Positions 22,916 through 36,146 of a DNA stretch of 64,000 nucleotides are shown piece by piece. Location of the stretch: positions 1,054,001 to 1,118,000 of the forward strand of contig CP145417.1 of NCBI GenBank assembly GCA_036867785.1, written 5' to 3'. Below the pieces are notes generated by a model. That model did not search any database, was not told the origin of the DNA, and worked only from the letters and a program-made list of their open reading frames with translations. Position 1 is the first letter of the stretch, and every line of letters begins with the position of its first letter. The translations under genes and the position numbers were made by a program. This DNA is from Plasmodiophora brassicae. Taxonomy: Eukaryota.

Positions 22916-25600
22916 ATGTGCGACAACGGTGGCGGCACGATCGACGACGTCGTCGCCGACCACCTGGCGGTCGCGTACGACGCGGACCTGCGCGGCGTCC
23001 TGCCCGCGGACGAGGGCGTCCGGTTCACGGCGGCGGTCGTCAAGGTGAACCGGCGCGGTCGCCGGCAGCAACGGGCGCTGGTCGTCACGCAGCGGGCGCT
23101 GTACAACTTCCGCCCGGGCCGGTTCGCCCGGTACCGCCGGCGTATCGCCCTGGAGCGCATCACGGGTGTCGTCCTGGCGCGCGACTCCAACGAGGTCGTG
23201 TTCCAGGTCGTAGGTCGGTCCTGGACCGCCCCATCACCGCCACCGTCTGAACGCAATGGCCCCGCAGGCGAGTACGACTATCGGTACGACGTCGTCGACC
23301 GGATCGGGCTCCTGGAAGCCGTCGGCAGCAGCGCCGAGCGCCTGACGGGCCGAACGTTCCTCGTAATACGCGCCGGTTGAACCGTGCCGTGCTGGCACGG
23401 ACGCGCCTGACGAATTGGCACAGGCCTGCATCGCCGAGGACGCCCGCCTGGCGTCCTACGTCCTGACGAAACGCCAGTGGCGGCACGCCTCCGCCGACCT
23501 GCTTCGCAAGGTACGCGCCCGGCCGGCCTCGTTGCTGGCAGACGTGGCTGATGGGCGGCCAGCGAGCCTCGGACGACGTGTTCCGCGCCGCCGCCGCCGT
23601 CGCCCACCCGACCAGTGCCACCTGGTTCGAGCGCGCGCGCGCGTTCCTCGCTCGTCGTCTGTCGTCGGGGAACGACGCCGGCGGCGGGCCGCGGTCGCCG
23701 GGCCACGAGGGGTGGCTGACGTATCGGGACCCGCGGGACGACGCGTGGCGCCAGAAGTTCGCCGTCATGCGCGACATGACGCTGGCGTTGCACGAGCCGC
23801 ATCTCAAGGGTCCCCTGTCGCTGTGTGTCCCCCGCGTGCGTTCAGCGGCTGACGACGTCGTCGTCGTCGTCCGCGCAGGTTCGATCGACGTTGCCGGGTG
23901 CCGGGTCACGACGGTGCAGGGCGACGACCGCCCCCTGCTCCGGAGGGTGGCGTTGCTGGCCGCGTCTGGCGCCAGGGTCCCCACCCGGGTCCCGGCCGTC
24001 GTGTTCAGCGTCCGGGCGCGACGCTCGAACCGGACCATACGCCTGGGCGCGTCGGACGACGCCGAGGCCGACCGGTGGACGCGGGCCATCAGGGACGCCG
24101 GCGCCGACACCCGCCTCGACGGGTGGCTCCTGAAACAGGACCCAGTGTCGTACAGCTGGCGGCGCCGGTACGTTGTCCTCGTGGGCACACACTGCTGGTA
24201 CTTTGAGATGGGTACACGCGACGACGGCGATCGCTGCTCTCGCCCTGGGGGCTGACGTTGTGCGTTCCCGCCCGCGCCCAGGTGACACGCTGTCGATCAG
24301 CCTGCTGTCGTTCAACGCGGAAGCAGCTGTGGAGGCCCAGGGCGTCACGATGCCGGGCGACCCGGGCGCACCGAGCGGCGGCGGCGGCGCGTTCCACGGC
24401 TTCCGATACCGGTTCGTCGTCCACGACGGGCGCCGCGCCCACCATCTCGCCGCCGACTCGTTGCAATCGCGGAACCACTGGGTGACGTCCATCAGCAGCA
24501 TGATCGGGGCATGTGTACCTAGCGGCGGCGCGCGCGATCGGTGCCGCTGGCCTGACCGGGATGCGCCGTTGTGCAGGCGAATTCGGGGGCGGTGCGCCCC
24601 GATGTCAAGCGGCGTTCGCTCCCGATCGCGGTCGTCGAAAGCCTGAAGCAGGTTGCGCCACAGACCCGGGTCGTCCTCGTCGTCAGCGACGTTCAGGGTT
24701 CGACCCGGCTCTGGGACTGCGAGCCCGACGCCATGAACGCGTCGCTGGAGGATCACGTCAGTCGAATCGCAATGGGCGCCCGCCACCATCCGATCACTAA
24801 AGCCAGGCCAGGACCGCACCCTGCGTGCCCTGCTGAAGGCGCACAGCGGCTACGAGGTCAAGACCGAGGGCGACGCCTTCCTCGTCGCGTTCTTCAACGG
24901 TGCGACGTGGGCGCGCTTGGGGGAAGGCGCCGACGCTGACTGTCCCGCCTCTGTCAGAGCCGGACGCCATCCGGTGGTGCATCGACGTGCAGCAGCGTCT
25001 GCTCGCCTGCGACTGGCCCGAGGCCCTGCTCCGCCAGCCGGAGGCGTGCCCGGTGTACGACCAGGATACGCTCCTGTTCAGAGGTGGCCCACGCCCCGAT
25101 GCACGTGTGCGTGTGTGTGACCGTCGTGACGCGCAGGTCTGCGGGTGCGCATGGGGATCCATTCGGGGACGCCGTCCCATCGACGGTCGTCGGTGACGAC
25201 GCGAATCGAGTATTCCGGGCCCGACGTCCACCTGGCGTACGCCGTCAGCGGCGCGGCCAACGGCGGCCAGATCCTGCTCAGCGGCAGCAGCGCCGACAAG
25301 GCCCACGGCGACCTCCACGCCGTCCTGCATCCGATCCCGGGCCTGTTCACGTTGCACGACGTGCGCGCGCCGCAGGCCCTGTCCGAGTGCTGGATCCCAG
25401 GTCGATACGTACCGTCGTCGTCGTCGTCGTATACTGAGCGAGCGCGTCGTCCGTCAGGGCTGGAGAAGCGGGCCGCCGTGTTGCCTGCGTTACGGGCGCG
25501 CCCGTTCGATCCGCTGGCGTCGGCGTCGTCGCCGGGGTCCAGTACCGGCGGGCGTTCGTGGCCAGCGCTATCGAATGTACGAGCGGTGGCGCCGCCGTGA
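22916..25600 (+). CDS. Multi-PH (TH1-like + PH) protein fused to a class III adenylate/guanylate cyclase domain, multi-exon
   Basis: KVNRRGRRQQRALVVTQRALYNF (myosin-I TH1-like). HEGWLTY and DGWLLKQDP..WRRRYVVL (PH). SDVQGSTRLWD, YEVKTEGDAFLVAF, RVRMGIHSG, GGQILLS (cyclase). Confidence 0.85.
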
Positions 25601-25634
25601 CGATGCCCTGTTGATCAAATGGTGTACGCTGGCG

Positions 25635-26804
25635 TCAGTCGAGGCGGTCGAATTTCTTGCCCTGGATCTGCGGGTTCAGCAGGTGGAGCTCGACCTTGTG
25701 CGCCTGCTTGAAGTTGAACCTGCACTCGTGATCCAGCGTGGATCTGTGCGCCGGGCAGAACACGTAGCCGCAGCGACAGGCGACCGCCGTCAGCGGCGTC
25801 TTCCGGTTGCACACCCAGCACCTCCTCGGGTCGGTCTGCACGGGCCTCGGGGTGCTGCCCTGCCTGAAGATCCAGATGGCGCGCAGCCTGCGCTTCGCCC
25901 GCTGGAGCTTGGGCCACCACGACTTGCTGGACCACCCGCCTAGCACGAACAGGAGCGGTCAGTGGCCAACCAGGGCGACAGCCACGACGCGAAGCGCACG
26001 CCACGTACTGTTGCTCTTGTCCTCGCGCTCCTGCCAGCACTTGTTGCACAGGTTGTCCTTGGAGACGTGGCCGAAATTGCTACAGTTGGGCGTCGCGCAG
26101 GCAACCTTGCCGGCCGACGGGTCCTTGCCCGACAGGACCGCCCGGTAGCATATCGAGCAGTACCCGTCCGTGTCCGGGTTGCCATAGAACCCGCATCTGG
26201 CCACGCATTGCTTCTGCGGGCCCGGCACCGACGTTGCCGACGAGATGGCCGTGTCGACCTCCTGGAACGACCGTCAGGGCGGGGCGCGCACAGACCACAG
26301 GACATTGATTCGCGCGCGCAATTTACATTCGTCTTGGCGTCCAGTTTGGCCATCGCGCGCTCCAGGAAGCCGACGTCGACGGACTCGCTGGGCAGCTCGA
26401 TGACGTCATCGCCGGCGGCGACGAATCCGAGCGCGCTCATGACGTCCATCGCACCGGGCACGTCGCTGACGAACTTCTTGAACGAAAAGTTCTTCAACGG
26501 CACCTTCCTGTGCAAGGCGAACGCAGATCAGCCGGCGCCCGCCGCCGCACGCTCCGGCAGGCCTGTCCGACCTGGATTTCGCATCCGTCGGCGATTTGCA
26601 TATCTTTTCGATAATCTTCCGAATATGCCTCAGCGAGGAGCGCATGGCGTTCATCTTCTTCTTCGAGTCGTTCGACAGCAGGCAGATGGTCGCCAATCGC
26701 TGGTACCGACGTCAGCGCACACGACAGCACCAGCAACACCCGCGCCGACGTACGTCGTCGAGGATCGCATCGGTCCCTGAGCCTCCATCGATCTCCATCG
26801 CCAT
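25635..26804 (-). CDS. PUB domain + two A20 zinc fingers + AN1 zinc finger protein, multi-exon
   Basis: KIIEKICKSP..KVPLKNFSF..GAMDVMSALGF (PUB). CGFYGNPDTDGYCSIC and CSNFGHVSKDNLCNKC (A20). CWVCNRK..CRCGYVFCPAHRSTLDHEC (AN1). Confidence 0.88.
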
Positions 26805-27248
26805 TGGCCGCAGCCGCGCCGCCGTCGCCGCCAGATCGCCACACGCCGCGCGCGCCCGTTGGACACACACAACGCCGGTCACCACCCGACGCGCGGCGGA
26901 CGAACAAAAAAATCCGACTGCAAACGCTGACGAAAATCTGTCGGCCCACGCCGCGTTTTTTGCTGCTGCCACCGACCCGCACCGATCCGATCGATCCGCA
27001 CGACGCGAACGCGTCGGGGCACCACCCACTTCGCTATTTAGTGTGGTCACTGCGACATGCGGCGCGCGTCGGCGTCATGGTCGTCCGCGAAGCAGGCCGT
27101 CCCCGTGGCTGTCGGGCACGGCCGATGCGTCCAGTCATACCGGCACGGGGGCGTGGCGCCCGGGGTCCACACGAGACGTGACGAACGGCCATCGGCCACA
27201 CGAGGTCGTTGCGTTGATCCACGGGACCTGGGCGTCGCCCCGGTTTAT

Positions 27249-28900
27249 ATGACGGAAGGCAAGCAGACCATGTGGTTGCATGAAGAGGCGTGGCCCCCTG
27301 GGACTGTCCGAACGATGCCTGGCGCCGACGAGCCGATCGTGCAGCTGCTCGAGGTCTCGCTCGGGGCGTGCTCGGCGCCGGCCGACCTGGCCAGGTTCGT
27401 CGTGGTCGTCCCCGGCGCCGAACCCGTCGAGGTCGTCCTCGATGATGGCCGATGGTCGCTCGATGGCGGATCGCAATCGTCGCCGGTCTACATCCCGGTT
27501 GGCGCCGACGTCGCCCAGGTCGTCGTCCAGGTCTGGTCCACCAAATCGGGCAACGTTCCAGCGGCGTCTGTCGCCATACCACTCCAGTCGATTGCCATTG
27601 GGCAGTCCACGACGGTCCCAATGCAGTGGGCTGCTGAATCCGACGCGTCCCGATGCAGTGTCATCGCGTCCAAGGTCGGGACTGGTCGCGCCTTGTAGAT
27701 CGTGCTCGGCGGGCCAATGCGTTGCGGATAGGCGCGCGCCTTCCAACCGAACCGGTTCCCATCGGACCTGCAGTGGAACCCGGTCCCGGATCCAGTCTCC
27801 GAGGTCGACATTTTCGTTTACCGTGCCACGAACGTCGACGTCGATGCCAGGACCGAGGTGGCTGTCCTGGCCCGCGCGCCAGGGTTCACACAGGCCAGTA
27901 CGGGATCCATGAAGGTTAATCGTTACAGGTCTGGCCCCCTGGCGAACGCTGGTCTGCGCATGGTGTTCCTCATGTGTGCTTAGGGGTTTGGTGTCGAACA
28001 AATGGGTGAAGCTGCTGCCAGAGCAAGGCGCCGCAACGGCAACGACAGGCAACGGGTCGCTGCAGCTGTCGTTGGTCCCACCAATGGCGTCTGCTGCACC
28101 CGCCGTTGCGTTCGCACCCGTTCCATGGTCGATGGTGTCGCCCGCCGTTCAGTAGGGTCTGCCGGCGGCGCCCTGTCGACAGTCTGGCTCATCGAAGCCA
28201 TACAGGTGCAATTTGATTATCCCAAGTCAAGGATCGTCTGCCAGCCTTTTCGTATCCGTGACGGTTGGACCACTCGTGAAATGTCGTTCGTGATGTTCCT
28301 ATTGACATGTTCGTCCGATAGCCGACGCTGAAGCAATCCGGCGAATTGTCGTTATTGCAGCGGAACGCTCACCTTGCTAAAGTTGTTGTATGTGCTTCGC
28401 CCTATGTGGAACGTCGATGTCTCTTGTTGAGTGCTGACGTTCGTCGAATGCAGTACGACATACGGTCCATTTCGGGCCTGGCGACTGCTGAAACGGTTTT
28501 CATTACTATCTACCTTTGTACCAACATCGAGGACTATAGGCGGAAAGTACTTGAGTCCCGGGTACGTGTGTCCGTCGAACGTGGTCATGGTTTTGATTAG
28601 TCGAGGGCGCAGAACCTGTGGCCGCCATTTCCGTTCGCCAAGCTGGAGCCAACGTCGAGCACGCTATCGGGCGGCGATACCTTGTCTCCTCGCATTCGTA
28701 TGCCCACTAGGTGATTGCCCATACTATATGATTGGCTTACCGTGATGCCCAAGGTGTAACCGATGAGATCACGAAAGACCGGTTTTCTGCAATTGCACAG
28801 ACGGCGACCTTGTTCGATAGGGAGGTTGGTCTATTACATACTTCGCGATCTAGTGCGATCCTGAGTACGCTGGTCAGGACATAGTTTTCGGGCCGGCAAC
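27249..28900 (+). CDS. Hypothetical multi-exon protein with beta-rich, C2-like segments; 3' end uncertain
   Basis: Coding-like first exon (VVVQVWSTKSG..ASVAIPLQSIAIG) and following spliceable ORFs (EVDIFVYRATNV). Confidence 0.35.
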
Positions 28901-29186
28901 CGTTGCTCTTGCGGAACTGTATACGAATCCCACTCCACCAGACAACTCGTTCCGATTCATTGGTATGACCGCTTCCGCAGAGCACACAACGAATCCATGT
29001 AATTCTGTACGGTAGGATATGCATCGGTTCCTGTTGCCGACCTATCAAGTCCCCGCAAGACGGCAATTGTCGGGACCACAGCGTCACTCGAGTGGGCAGT
29101 CACAACCTACCGAAGCGCGTCGGCGCCGGTCCCTGCGTCTGAATCGACTCTTCCCGCCGCTCAGCCGCCTGCAGCGAACATCGGTA

Positions 29187-30372
29187 ATGCCCCAATCCAA
29201 GCTGGGGTGACACTGCCTCCTGTGAAACCGCCAGTGTCGACGCGCCGCCCGTTCAAGGTTATGCATATCATCAGGTCGCCCAAAGCGGTTGCTGTTGAGA
29301 GCACTCGCATTGCCGATCTTCAGAATCAACTAGCCGATGCGAAGCAGCAGCTGAAGGTTGAAATGGAGACACGCGCAAAGTACGCCTCAAGTCTCTGCGA
29401 GCGCCTATCGACCGCCTGTTCTTATTTCCACCGTCAGGGCAGCTCATGATCTGGAGGCCAAAGTCGACGCCCTCAGGACGTTGGGCCTGGAGATCATTGA
29501 CCTTCGGCGAGTGTGCGAACAAGTAAGCACGATCCGTCGACTCAATGACGTCCCGACTTGTCGAATGACATGGCCATTACAGTTGCGTAACGAGAACCGG
29601 TCACTGACATCACGGCTCAACGAGTACACATCGCTGGAGAAATCGAGCATCGCACATGCCCCGGAAGACACGCCATCAAACGTAGCCGCCCTCAGGACGC
29701 TTCTGCTGCGTGCTCGACACGAGATCGCTGTTGAGAAGCAGGGACGTTCTGAAGCCCTTCGCAAGGTGGAGCGAATGAGCAAGCAAGTTGAGGCCGCTCG
29801 ACAGACGCAGCGGAACTTCGCCAAGCTACGCGAGGCTCATGCTGCCCAGTCCGCTTGTTTGCGCAGCGTTCAGGTCGGCGGAATGATGAATCCCACATGC
29901 GTTTCTGACGGGCCATGCAGGACGATCGGAAACGAATCGACAAATTCCATAAGACGATCGAAACGCAGGAGTCGGTCATCGAGCAGCTGGAGGCGTTGCT
30001 GCGTGCAGCCGCTCCGTCCGACGATTCCCGGTACCTGCGACATTCATGCCCGCCCGTGTCCTCGTGTTGAACGTAATGGGAAGGGCGGAAGGCACGACGA
30101 AACATGCTGACCCGCAAGCGCAAGCGAGAGCGCTCGCAGCAGAGGTGCGTTCCCAAGCCGGCCACCTGGTCATGATTACTGAGTCGGCTATCTGCAGGCA
30201 AGATGCCAAGCGCTTGAGGCGGAACTGCAGAGCGCCGCCGACCTGTATGGACGGGACGTCAGCGCGCTGAAGGCGGAAATACTGATGCTCAAGGCGACGC
30301 TCCCGGACGTACGTATCCATGGTTTCCGTTTCACGTGTGCTGACTCCTGGATCAGCCGGATCTGCCCTCTGA
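29187..30372 (+). CDS. Coiled-coil protein, multi-exon
   Basis: Heptad-rich exons (IADLQNQLADAKQQLK, LRNENRSLTSRLNEY, IETQESVIEQLEALL) separated by ~55-bp GT-AG introns. Confidence 0.55.
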
Positions 30373-30601
30373 CGGCGACCCGAACGATGAATTCGTGTCG
30401 AGCCCACGAAGCACTGTACTAGACAATTATTAGCTCCCACAATATACAACGGTCCTACAGCGGCGGGTTGTGCACGTATGGCCCAGACAGCACGAGGAAT
30501 GCTGCCGGGTCATGAACGTACCTACGTAGGCAGGTCGGTATGATTGCGATCGATCATGATGGGACGGTGTGGCAACGTGTGCCTGCAGGTCGTCATTTTG
30601 G

Positions 30602-31540
30602 ATGTGGGTCAGCTGTGCCCGTGTCGCTATGCAGTGCAGCCAGGGTCGACTGGCGGGCGATCTCAATGCGGACGACCCGCCCGATCTGATCCTGCAGCTG
30701 CAGCACCTCGTCGACGTCGGCAAGCAAGCGGGGCTGCTGTTGCAGGCGCTGCAGAGTGTGCCCGTCATCGCGCCCGCATCGCCTGGACAGGCGCGGCCGT
30801 CGACGAGCTCCAGCGCGGAGCGCGAATCGGGGACCTGCAACCCAGTTGACGATGGTCTGCATGATGCCGAAGGCGACCCGGCGTCCCCTGAGATGGATAT
30901 CTTCGACGACGAGTGCATCTGGACGAAGAGCCAGCTGAAACGGGTATGTGGTGCTCGCAGCGCCCGCGCGTCCACGAATCTGATGCCGAGGCAGTCCATG
31001 TTCGGGGGCGAAGTCTCGGCGGCGGACGCGGACGCCATCCAAGCGCATCTGGACCGGGCCTCGCCGCTGTTCGAACCGTCCACTGACTGCGCTGTCTGCC
31101 TGGTAATACGGCGGCGCGCGCGCCTGCGTCCACCCGCGTCGCGTGACAAGTATACGTGGCACAGCTCGAGAAGGATGATGGGGCGCACCCGGCCCTGTTC
31201 AGGTATACGCGCAGGTCATGTATCTCCTCGCCACAGCATCACAATTGTGACCCCACGCTGCAGGCTTCCGTGCTGCTCGATAGAGGTCCACCTGGCCTGC
31301 ATCAACCGCTGCCTGGGTAGGCACGTTGGCACGACGCCGCCCGGGCGGCCTCCCAATGACGTTGCCGAACAGGTTCTCGAGGCATACAGAACGTTTGTCC
31401 GGCGTGCCGCGCCCAAGTGCCTGATGACGTTGCACGGGCGGTGCTGGCCGCGTTCAAGGCCAACAAGCGGGCGCGGGGAAAGCGCCGTCGTTGAGCCCCG
31501 TGACCCGGTAACCAACGATTTATGGGGATTAGACATTAAA
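30602..31540 (+). CDS. Hypothetical protein with a RING-like zinc finger, multi-exon; ends approximate
   Basis: DCAVCL|...|RLPCCSIEVHLACINRCL...PKCL across predicted introns. Confidence 0.45.
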
Positions 31541-31761
31541 GTACGTATAATAACCACTGCAAGATATACAAGGGCGACGTGTTCCGGCGGACGTCAGGGA
31601 CATCGGTGCTGTTGCGACGCGAGCGTGTACGGTTGTGTGTCGTACATCTGTGAACATGTTCGACGTTGTCGCGCGTGCTCGAACGTTCCGAGCGTCGTCC
31701 AATACTGCTCGTGCGCTTTGCCGAACAGCATCTTCCGGGCGTTCCTGCGCCGACACGACCG

Positions 31762-32319
31762 TCAGCAGACGCGCATGCGGGGAACGGGAATCGCAGGTCC
31801 GTACAAGGCGAGCTCGAGAAGGATGTCGGCGAACGTGGGCCAGGTTTTGTCGACCACCCGGGACCAGCGGTGCTCCTCGACCAGGATGACAACCATGACG
31901 ATGGGTATCAAGAGGAGGACGGATGGGATGGCGGCGAGTTTGCGCAGGTCGGATCCGCGGTGGATCCAGACGCACAGACCGTGCAGGCTCCACAGGCTGA
32001 GCGTCAGAATGAGGCACGTCTCGACAACCTGCCAGTTGACCACGGTGAACGTTTCGTTCATCTTGGTCCGGGACGGCGCCGAGCTCTGCCAGACGTAACC
32101 GGAGCATAGCAGCATGGCGTAGGTCAGCACGGCCAGCAAGGTGACCCGGGACGTCTGCGCCGACAGGATCGACAGCAGGCGCAAGGCGCGCAGGCCCCGG
32201 GCCGCCTGGCTGGCGACCACCTTCGGGAACGGGTGGTCGATCAGCTGGACGTCTCGCAGGATCCGGGTCGCCCGCCCCTGGTTGTACCTGCGCCGATGCT
32301 GGTCGGTCGGTGCCGTCAT
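31762..32319 (-). CDS. Small multi-pass membrane protein, function unknown
   Basis: ORF with three to four hydrophobic segments (TLLAVLTYAMLLC, ETCLILTLSLWSLHGLCVWI, IPSVLLLIPIVMVVIL). Confidence 0.55.
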   Translation of the reverse strand: MTAPTDQHRRRYNQGRATRILRDVQLIDHPFPKVVASQAARGLRALRLLSILSAQTSRVTLLAVLTYAMLLCSGYVWQSSAPSRTKMNETFTVVNWQVVETCLILTLSLWSLHGLCVWIHRGSDLRKLAAIPSVLLLIPIVMVVILVEEHRWSRVVDKTWPTFADILLELALYGPAIPVPRMRVC

Positions 32320-32585
32320 CAATGCAAGGCGAGATCGCTGCGACGCCTCCCCAGCCGCCCGTACGAGAGTGCACAGGTACGTATGACCAGCGGGACTGTA
32401 ACTATCATCCTGTGCGCACACCAGTAGGACCGGTCACATGACGGGTGCACAACGCGGATGGTTCCCGAGGGGGGCGGGGGACGAGCGCAGGGTACCTACA
32501 GTACCTAGACGACCCTGTATTGAGCAGCGGATTGCAGCACCGCGCAGTGGGCGCAGTCCGTGGCCATTGGCGACGGCGGGTCGCG

Positions 32586-34689
32586 ATGGACGACGATCTC
32601 GATATCGGGCCGGGGCCCGTTGCCGACCAGTCCGCGCAGGGCCTATCGCGTTCGTCGTACGGGTACCGTTGGCGCGTCGTACGGGCGGCTGACTCGTCGG
32701 GCGCAGGGCTACTGCGGAAGTACGCGCCGACGCCGTTCCTGATCTACAGGCAGCGGCAGCTGCCCGGGTTGCAGAAGCAGCAGCCGCAGGCCAAGGTCGC
32801 CGACCTCGTCAAGGTTCTGCAGGCGCAGTGGAAGGACGTCGACGCGGAATCGGCAGAGCACGAGGAATGCGTCGCCATCAGCGACCTGATTCGCAAACAG
32901 CTCCGCGACACGTTGGTCCATTTCCATGGTCGGGCCGCGCCTCGCCTCATGGCGGTCCCGCATCGCAGCGCTGAAGCAGACCCATGTCGACAGATATGCG
33001 CACGTGGCTGTCTGCCCGGCAGGACATGAAGCAGTCGATGGTGGCCGTGGGCGTGCGCCCGCCGAAATTCAGTCGGCACCTGTCGGCGTTCGGTGCGGGC
33101 GACGGCGCCCAGGCCAAGAACTTCCAGGCGGCCTGGTTGCATTACTCGTCGGACCATTGCAGCGACCTGGTGCCGTCGTTCGCCCGACAAACGATCGGTA
33201 CGCCTACGTTGGGCTTGCGCACCGGGCGCCGCATAATCCTCAATGGCGTTCGCACAGACCTGTTCGTCCTGTACCGGTCCGTGGTATCGCTGGGTGGGTT
33301 CGAGCACGTCTGCGAGCGCCAGCTCTGGGATACGGTCGTGGCGCGCCAGGCGCTGGAATGCGCGGCGACCCCGACGGACCGTGCCGCCTCCGTCATCCTG
33401 CAAGTCTGCTACTTCCGTCTGCTGCTCGAGTTCGAGCTGGACTATCAGGTGGCGCACCCGGAGCCGGCTGCCCCGCCCGGGGTGGTCCCGTCCCCGCCCT
33501 CGTCGGTGACGGATCTGCCCAGTGCCGCGTTCGGGCCGTCCGTCTTCACCAATAACTACTACAAGGCGACGGGCATGACCGCCATCTTGTTCTCGTTGCG
33601 GTCGAGGCGCTGCCCGGATGTGCTGTGGGCGCTCAACCACCTGCTGCTGATATCGTTCAACCAGAACCGCCTGGTCCAGTTCAACGAGACGCCGCAGCTG
33701 CTGGAGATTCTCGTGGCGCTGATCGAGCGGCAACTGCTGGTCGTCGACCTGTCCCGGCTGTACCCGCGCAACGTCCTGCCGAACCTGAGCCAGTTCGCCA
33801 AGCAGGCGCAGCACGTCGACCATGAGATCGAGTTCCCCGACGTCATCCCCGTGCTCCTGGCCGTGCTTCGCAACCTCTCGTTCGTTGCCAGCAATCAGCC
33901 GCGCATCGCCCTGCACCACTCGTGTGCGAATGACCTCCTGGAGCTCGCCTTTGAACGTTAGGTGGACCTCGCCCGTGCCCGGTTCGTTGTCTGACGTTGC
34001 CGCCTAGACGATCACGCGTGTGACATCCTGTTGCACGTCAGCCCGTATCTGGACCTGACAAAGGTAGGTCGGCCGCGAGATCGGGGCAACCGGCGTCTGC
34101 TGATGACCCGCTTCAGGTCAACTTCTCGACGCTGTCCAGGTGGCTGCACCGGACGCTGATCCAGGTCGACAATGAGGCCGGCGTCATCCGCGCCCTTCAC
34201 CTGTTGGGCATGCTGACCGTGCATCAGCCGAACGCGACGGTGCTGGCGTCACAGATGCACCACGAGGTGATCAACCTCGTCGTGTCGCTCCTGCAGTATC
34301 CCGGGCACGACGACGTTGTCCTCGCGGCACTGGAGACGATCTCGCGGCTGACTGCGACCTGTGGCCCCGCTTTCAATGTGCGCATCGTCCAGAACAACGA
34401 CATGGTCGAGCGTCTCATTGCGCTGCTGCTCGAACCCGCCCGAGGTACGCTTGGTGTCGGCGCTGCGCTGTTGTTGCTCATGGGGGTGGCATTGTCGTCA
34501 GAGTCGAAAGTGGTCGATGCCGTCATGCGGCGAACGGCGGCGTCGGTACTGGCGGACCTGTATGGCCCAGAAGACAACCGGGTTCGGTTCAGGCCGTTCC
34601 TCGGGTCCATCTTTGCTGCTGTTCGCGACAATTACGAATCGGCCTGCTTCCTCGCGCCGATTCTTCGTGCGAGCGCCGCCGCGCGCTGA
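32586..34689 (+). CDS. HMG-box + ARID + ARM-repeat SWI/SNF subunit-like protein, multi-exon
   Basis: APTPFLIYRQ..LVKVLQAQWKDV (HMG). DLFVLYRSVVSLGGFEHV..W..V..YFRLLLEFE (ARID). ILFSLRS..DVLWALNHL and VLRNLSF (ARID1/ARID2-type ARM region). Confidence 0.85.
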
Positions 34690-34991
34690 TATGTACATTG
34701 TATAAATATATACGAACGGCAGGGCGACGTGTCGACAGCCACCACGATGGAATCGTCTCGTCGTGCTTCCTTCCTTTAGTTAACCGGGACGTGCGCCTGT
34801 GTGGAATCGGACGGAGGCTGTGCTGGCTTATGCATCGCTGTCCTGATCATTCCCTAACCCGGTGTTTCAGCAGGGGGCGTACATGCTGCGCCCGGGCGCA
34901 CGTGAGAGCCTACCTTGATGGCAGGAGAAAACGCGATCAGGGCCCGCAGATGATGCTCGACGTCGATCTGACACGTGTGCGGTTCAGGTCA

Positions 34992-35942
34992 TCAGAAAAC
35001 GCATGCTCTGGTCGCGACGTCCACCTTGTTCAGCAGCAGCACATGCGTCAGATGCTGACTGGCTTGCATGCCGGATGAGAAGTCGTCAATCGTCGTCCAT
35101 TCGGTTGAGCGGTCGGGGGCAGGGTCGACCTCCTCGGAGAACCGGGGTGGCCTGGAAAACGAGAACACGATCCGGGCCTGGGTCTTCGTCCTACATGGGA
35201 CAGCACTGGCAGCAAAGACGTCCAGGGTGCGCCCTGCCATTACGAGCATCTTACGTCGCCGACAGTTCAATGGCTGTGATTGTATCGAACGGCATGCCGA
35301 TACGTTGGGCGACGCCGCCGCTCAGCACGATCCAGAATACGGTTTGCGTCTGGTGAAACACGGTTGGGCCGATACCGACGGGGACGCATTGCAGGGGGGT
35401 GGCATCATACGTCGAAATCGAACTGGCCGGTGACGTGGCCTTTGAACTGGGCCGTGCACTGCCACTCGCCGATCCTAGGCGGACACACACGTTCGCTCAG
35501 CGATGAACCAAGAAGAAGCACACGTGGGGCGTGCGCCGCGCGTACTGTATGCTCGTCAGCGTGAACGGCGATCGCCGATCCTGCGCGCGCGGGCACCGTA
35601 TATGTCAGATCGCAGAACCGCATACGAAGGCGCGCACGTGTGTTACGAATTCCTCAGCGGCGTGCCTGGCAGACTGCGCCTGCAGCATCCCTACGAGCAG
35701 GACGCGTCAGGGCGGATGGCGCGCAAGCGCACCCCCGGGTTCGGGTACGTACGTCGTTGGATGAACCAGTTGTGGACGGCGTCCCTGGACTCGCCGATCT
35801 GGCTGGCGATGGCCTGCACGGCGGCGGGCGCCGGGTTCGGGTCCCGGGCGAAGTTCATCTCCAGGTAGGCGCGGATCTTCTGCGCCCGTATCGCCGCCGC
35901 CTGCTGCTGCTGCTGCTCGGGCGTCATTGCCGTCGCCGACAT
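34992..35942 (-). CDS. Homeodomain protein with a HOY1/Pah1-type C-terminal PH-like domain, multi-exon; 3' end approximate
   Basis: LEMNFARDPNP..IASQIGES..VHNWFIQRR, then GEW..., RPPRF, WTTIDDFSSGMQASQHLTHVL. Confidence 0.7.
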
Positions 35943-36146
35943 GTTCCCTCCCCGGGCGGCGTCGTCTGGCGCGGCGCCTGTCGCAGAACTCCGCCGGAGG
36001 CGCCGCTCTCGTCGCTCGCTGTCGTCGGTCTGTCAGCGGCACGCGCCGCGCCCGACGACTCCGCAAAGGGTACCCGTGCACTGCCATTCGGGCAACTAAC
36101 AACTAAGTTGCAGGCAGGTCGGCGGGGCACGTCGGCCGGCCTGATC

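Noticed and set aside
20288-23071. Long antisense ORFs opposite GRP94 (390 and 490 aa) and similar shadow ORFs elsewhere
   Set aside because: Expected by-product of strong GC3 codon bias; no independent motifs.
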